Below the pieces are notes generated by a model, which was given only the letters and a program-made list of their open reading frames with translations, was not told where the DNA came from and did not search any database. Made by a program: the position numbers and the translations under genes. A DNA stretch of 58,362 bases from Candidatus Latescibacterota bacterium (GTDB taxonomy: Bacteria; Latescibacterota; Latescibacteria; Latescibacterales; Latescibacteraceae): NCBI GenBank assembly GCA_041690195.1, contig JAWLHT010000001.1:1-58362 (forward strand), written 5' to 3'. Numbering within the stretch: the stretch's first letter is position 1; each line of letters begins with the position of its first letter. Positions 55,334 to 58,362 of the stretch are shown piece by piece.

Positions 55334-56629
55334 TTATGCTCCCCTGGTTTTCTGAACATAGTGCTTCAGCGCCCGATGCCCGATATCACTCCGGCAGAAC
55401 GCATCCTTGAAGATAATTTTCTTCACCGCCCCATAGGCGTGTTCGCGGGCTTCCATGAATGATTTCCCCCAGGCCGTAACCCCGAGCACGCGACCGCTTG
55501 CGGTAACCACCTGCCCGTCCCGCATCTCGGTCCCGGCGTGGAACACCTGGACGGTATCGTCCCGCAGGGCATCCTCCAGACCTGTGATCGGATATCCCTT
55601 TCCGTAGGACCCGGGATACCCGCCGGAGGCCATTACCACACACAATGCCGAACCATCCTTTGCGCCGACCCTGACATTGTGGATCTTCCCAACCGCAGAG
55701 GCATACATGATATCCGCGAGGTCCCCGTCCAGAAGCGGCAGCACAGCCTGGGTTTCCGGATCGCCGAAGCGGCAGTTGTATTCAACAACCCTGGGCCCGT
55801 CAGGAGTAACCATAATCCCGGCGTAGAGCAGCCCGCGATAGGGTCGGCCTTCCATGGCCATGCCGTCCAGAGTGGGCTGCAGGATTTCCTTCTCGATCCG
55901 GGCCAGAAGATCGGACGTGATCAGAGGCGCGGGAGCATATGCTCCCATGCCGCCGGTGTTGGGTCCCTCGTCGCCGTCTAAGGCGCGTTTATGGTCCTGC
56001 GAGGAAACGAGTGTCTTGAACGTTTCACCGTCGCATACCGCGAAGATGGAGGCTTCCTCCCCGGTCATGTTTTCTTCGATAACCACCTCGCTGCCGGATT
56101 CGCCGAACACGCTCTCCACCATGATCTCCCGGAGTATCCGTTCCGCCTCGACCGGATCCGGGGCGTAGACCGCGCCTTTTCCGGCGGCGAGACCGCTCGC
56201 CTTGATCCACATGTCACCGTCAAGCGAACGAGCGTAGTCCCGGGCATCTTCGAAACGGCTGAAGGCATCGAATGCAGCGGTAGGAATACGGTACTTCCGC
56301 ATGAGTTCCTTGGCAAACCGCTTGGATCCCTCGATGGCCGCCGCCCGGGCGTCCGGTCCGAACACCGGCACTCCCGCCCCGCGGAGCCGGTCGGCCAGCC
56401 CCAGACAAAGCGGAACCTCCGGCCCAACCGAAACGAGACCGATCCCCTCGGCAACCGCGAATCTGGCAATGCCGTCAAGATCGTCCGCCTTGATGTCCAC
56501 ACACGTTGCATGCCGGGCCATTCCCGGATTGCCCGGTGCGGCGAACAGTTCCACCGGATTTGCGCTCTGCGCCAGTTTCCAGGTGATGGCGTGCTCGCGT
56601 CCGCCGCCCCCCACTACCAGTATCTTCAT
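55334..56629 (-). CDS. purD: phosphoribosylamine--glycine ligase
   Basis: 431-aa ORF containing MKILVVGGGGREHAITWKL..EEASIFAV.DG..DHKR..GD.GPNTGGMGAY.P.. Confidence 0.95.
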   Translation of the reverse strand: MKILVVGGGGREHAITWKLAQSANPVELFAAPGNPGMARHATCVDIKADDLDGIARFAVAEGIGLVSVGPEVPLCLGLADRLRGAGVPVFGPDARAAAIEGSKRFAKELMRKYRIPTAAFDAFSRFEDARDYARSLDGDMWIKASGLAAGKGAVYAPDPVEAERILREIMVESVFGESGSEVVIEENMTGEEASIFAVCDGETFKTLVSSQDHKRALDGDEGPNTGGMGAYAPAPLITSDLLARIEKEILQPTLDGMAMEGRPYRGLLYAGIMVTPDGPRVVEYNCRFGDPETQAVLPLLDGDLADIMYASAVGKIHNVRVGAKDGSALCVVMASGGYPGSYGKGYPITGLEDALRDDTVQVFHAGTEMRDGQVVTASGRVLGVTAWGKSFMEAREHAYGAVKKIIFKDAFCRSDIGHRALKHYVQKTRGA

Positions 56630-56789
56630 CTACTCTCCCGTCAATAAACTCGCTTCAACGAATAAAAAACCGATTATACCGCGTGAAATCCGAAGGCGAA
56701 GAGCAGTGAAACGATTGTTTATTCTGCCGCGGAAGTATCTTCCCACGCATTGTTCCCGCTTCTTTGTTCGATCCCGCCATACTCCTGCA

Positions 56790-57887
56790 CTATCTTTTTA
56801 TCAACCCGATTTCCCGGAGAAACACATCCTTCCTGCGCCAGTCTTTGCGAACCTTCACATGGAGATCAAGGTACACCTTGACCCCGAGGAATTCCTCGAT
56901 AGCCAGACGAGCCTTGGTACCGATATCCTTGATGGTGGCCCCTTTTTTCCCGATGAGGATGGGCTTCTGGGAATCCTTTTCCACCATGATGGACGCGGTG
57001 ATCACCACATGGCTCTCCTTCTCTTCGAACCCTTCGATGATTACCGCGGTGGAATAGGGTACTTCCTCTTCCATGGTGAGGAAAATCGCCTCCCGGACAA
57101 GTTCGGCGGCGAAAAATCGCTCCGACTCGCTGGAGATCATATCTTCCGGAAAGTATTTCGGCCCTTCCGGCAGATGGTTCAGCACAATGCGGAAAAGCTC
57201 GTCCGTTCCATCCCCCTTAGCCGCGGAGATGGGAACAACTTCCGCGCCATGGAAGAGTTCATGCGTCCGTTGCATTATTTCAAGAAGGACTTCTTTCCGG
57301 GGTATGAGGTCAATCTTGTTCAAGGCCACAACCACATCCTTTGACTTCACTTCTTCCGCGAACTGCGCCAGCGGCTGGGGGAAACTCCCGGCATACCGTT
57401 CGGCGTCGAAAATCACCAGGATCAGGTCCGATTCCTGCACCGCGGCGGTGACAAAAGACGCCATAACCTCCTGCATGCGGTAGCGGGGCCGGAGAATTCC
57501 CGGCGTGTCCACGAATATAACCTGGTAATCATCCCCGGAAAAAATGCAGGTAAGGTTGGCGCGGGTGGTCTGCGGCTTGGGCGAAACGATGGATATTTTC
57601 TCCCTGAGGAACCGGTTCACGAGGGTTGACTTGCCGGCATTGGGCAAACCGACTACCGCAACGAAGCCCGACTTGTGGGTGGCAGCCGGTTCTGTCCCTT
57701 CCTCGTCCTCATCTTCATCATCTTCCGTTCCCGCGTACTCCTCTTCCTCCCCGATGAATTCATCCTCATCAGCACCGGAATCAATTTCAGCTCCGGCGGA
57801 GATATCCGCATTCTCTGAAACCTCCGGGCGATCACTGTCAACTGCATCGAACGCGGCTTCCCGCGACGACGGCGTTTCCCTGTTCAT
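56790..57887 (-). CDS. era: GTPase Era with a ~70-aa acidic N-terminal extension
   Basis: G1 GLPNAGKST, G3 DTPG, G4 NKID, and a KH domain at the C-terminus. The only in-frame start upstream of G1 is ATG 57887. This adds MNRETPSS..EDEFIGEEEEYAGTEDDEDEDEEGTEPAAT. Confidence 0.88.
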   Translation of the reverse strand: MNRETPSSREAAFDAVDSDRPEVSENADISAGAEIDSGADEDEFIGEEEEYAGTEDDEDEDEEGTEPAATHKSGFVAVVGLPNAGKSTLVNRFLREKISIVSPKPQTTRANLTCIFSGDDYQVIFVDTPGILRPRYRMQEVMASFVTAAVQESDLILVIFDAERYAGSFPQPLAQFAEEVKSKDVVVALNKIDLIPRKEVLLEIMQRTHELFHGAEVVPISAAKGDGTDELFRIVLNHLPEGPKYFPEDMISSESERFFAAELVREAIFLTMEEEVPYSTAVIIEGFEEKESHVVITASIMVEKDSQKPILIGKKGATIKDIGTKARLAIEEFLGVKVYLDLHVKVRKDWRRKDVFLREIGLIKR

Positions 57888-58159
57888 ATTCTATCTCGAT
57901 GGCAAAAGGGTCTACACAAGCCAAAGATCCGAGCTGCGGGACATTGGCCCCAAACACACGAATCCTTCGATAACTACTTGGAACTAATCCAGCTACCGAC
58001 CGCAAGTGAGAAGGTAACGAGGGTGAAGCGTATGCTCTGCCGCCAAAAACCCGGCTTGCCTCCGGTCCGGTTCGTGGTGATTCCCGCCCGTGGGGGAGTA
58101 CATGCAGAAAGACGGGAGTGTGGAATCGGCGGAAACCCGGGAAAGCCCCCGGGGCGCAC

Positions 58160-58362
58160 TCAGAACCGGATCCCCATGGAGAACCGGTGGGTGCTGTCCA
58201 GATCCTCGTGCGAAAGAAAAGCGTAATCAAGCGAGGTCGAGGCCAGGAGCGGCAAACGGGTCAACCCCAGACCAAAGGTTCCGCCTCCTTCGGAAAGCCC
58301 TCCGCGGAAGGCCAGAATATCCCGGAACCGGTATTCCACGCCCAAATGCATGGTATCAAGAC
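58160..58362 (-). CDS. C-terminal end of an outer-membrane beta-barrel protein (N-terminus beyond the right window edge)
   Basis: The ORF is open at the window edge. Alternating-hydrophobic strands end in ..THRFSMGIRF with a terminal Phe, which is typical of OMPs. Confidence 0.5.
   Translation of the reverse strand, partial: LDTMHLGVEYRFRDILAFRGGLSEGGGTFGLGLTRLPLLASTSLDYAFLSHEDLDSTHRFSMGIRF

Noticed and set aside
57888-58159. Possible SRP RNA, tRNA or other structured RNA between the partial OMP gene and era
   Set aside because: GGACCGGAGGCAAGCC (minus strand, ~58052-58067) only loosely resembles the SRP domain IV GGUCCGGAAGGAAGCAGCC. There is no matching 3' strand, no tRNA cloverleaf and no T-loop GGTTCGAATCC. 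I left it unannotated.
1-58362. CRISPR arrays, rRNA/tRNA genes, transposases, integrases, toxin-antitoxin or restriction systems
   Set aside because: By eye I saw no regularly spaced direct repeats, rRNA or tRNA signatures, or recognisable motifs of these families in any ORF. A computational scan (tRNAscan-SE, Infernal, CRISPR finders) would be needed to exclude small elements.

Overview
GC-rich chromosomal segment from a diderm bacterium. PorV/PorQ-like barrels and a FlgD-Ig/T9SS-style C-terminal sorting domain suggest an FCB-type or candidate-phylum lineage (inference only). About 50 conventional genes are present and all but three are on the minus strand. No rRNA, tRNA, CRISPR, transposase or integrase was seen. 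There are three blocks. (1) 1-25.8 kb is a co-directional amino-acid biosynthesis array. In transcription order it reads ilvD, ilvB (frameshifted), ilvN, ilvC, leuA, leuC, leuD, DUF3788, leuB, GIY-YIG, cimA, alaC-like aminotransferase, argJ, aspartate aminotransferase, hisG, hisD, hisC, hisB. After a plus-strand Tat-exported protein come a trp attenuator, an exported DUF4139 protein and trpE. (2) 26.5-32.6 kb holds gcvH, efp, a Tat-signal TIM-barrel isomerase, lptF/lptG and a nitroreductase. (3) 33-58.4 kb is a long minus-strand envelope array. It contains a YibQ-like deacetylase and two paralogous lipoproteins. A tightly coupled run follows: BNR propeller, two PorV-like barrels, TldD, PmbA, M50 protease. 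Next come MltD-like, SPOR, DUF3108, two glycosyltransferases and a LMW phosphatase. A candidate trans-envelope module follows (transglutaminase-like protein, ABC ATPase, polytopic permease, POTRA-less Omp85-like barrel), then tsaC, purE, purD and era. The most notable unannotated signals are listed here. A textbook Trp leader peptide (WWW) plus intrinsic terminator sits upstream of DUF4139-trpE. A Val/Leu/Ile-rich 59-codon ORF lies in the ~530-nt ilvD leader. A 1-nt frameshift splits ilvB. A 191-bp inverted-repeat element flanked by a perfect 12-bp direct repeat looks MITE-like. Short GC-rich motifs are shared between operon spacers. The transglutaminase-like protein appears to have Pro in place of the catalytic Cys. 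All family assignments are from reading motifs by eye; no database search was run.
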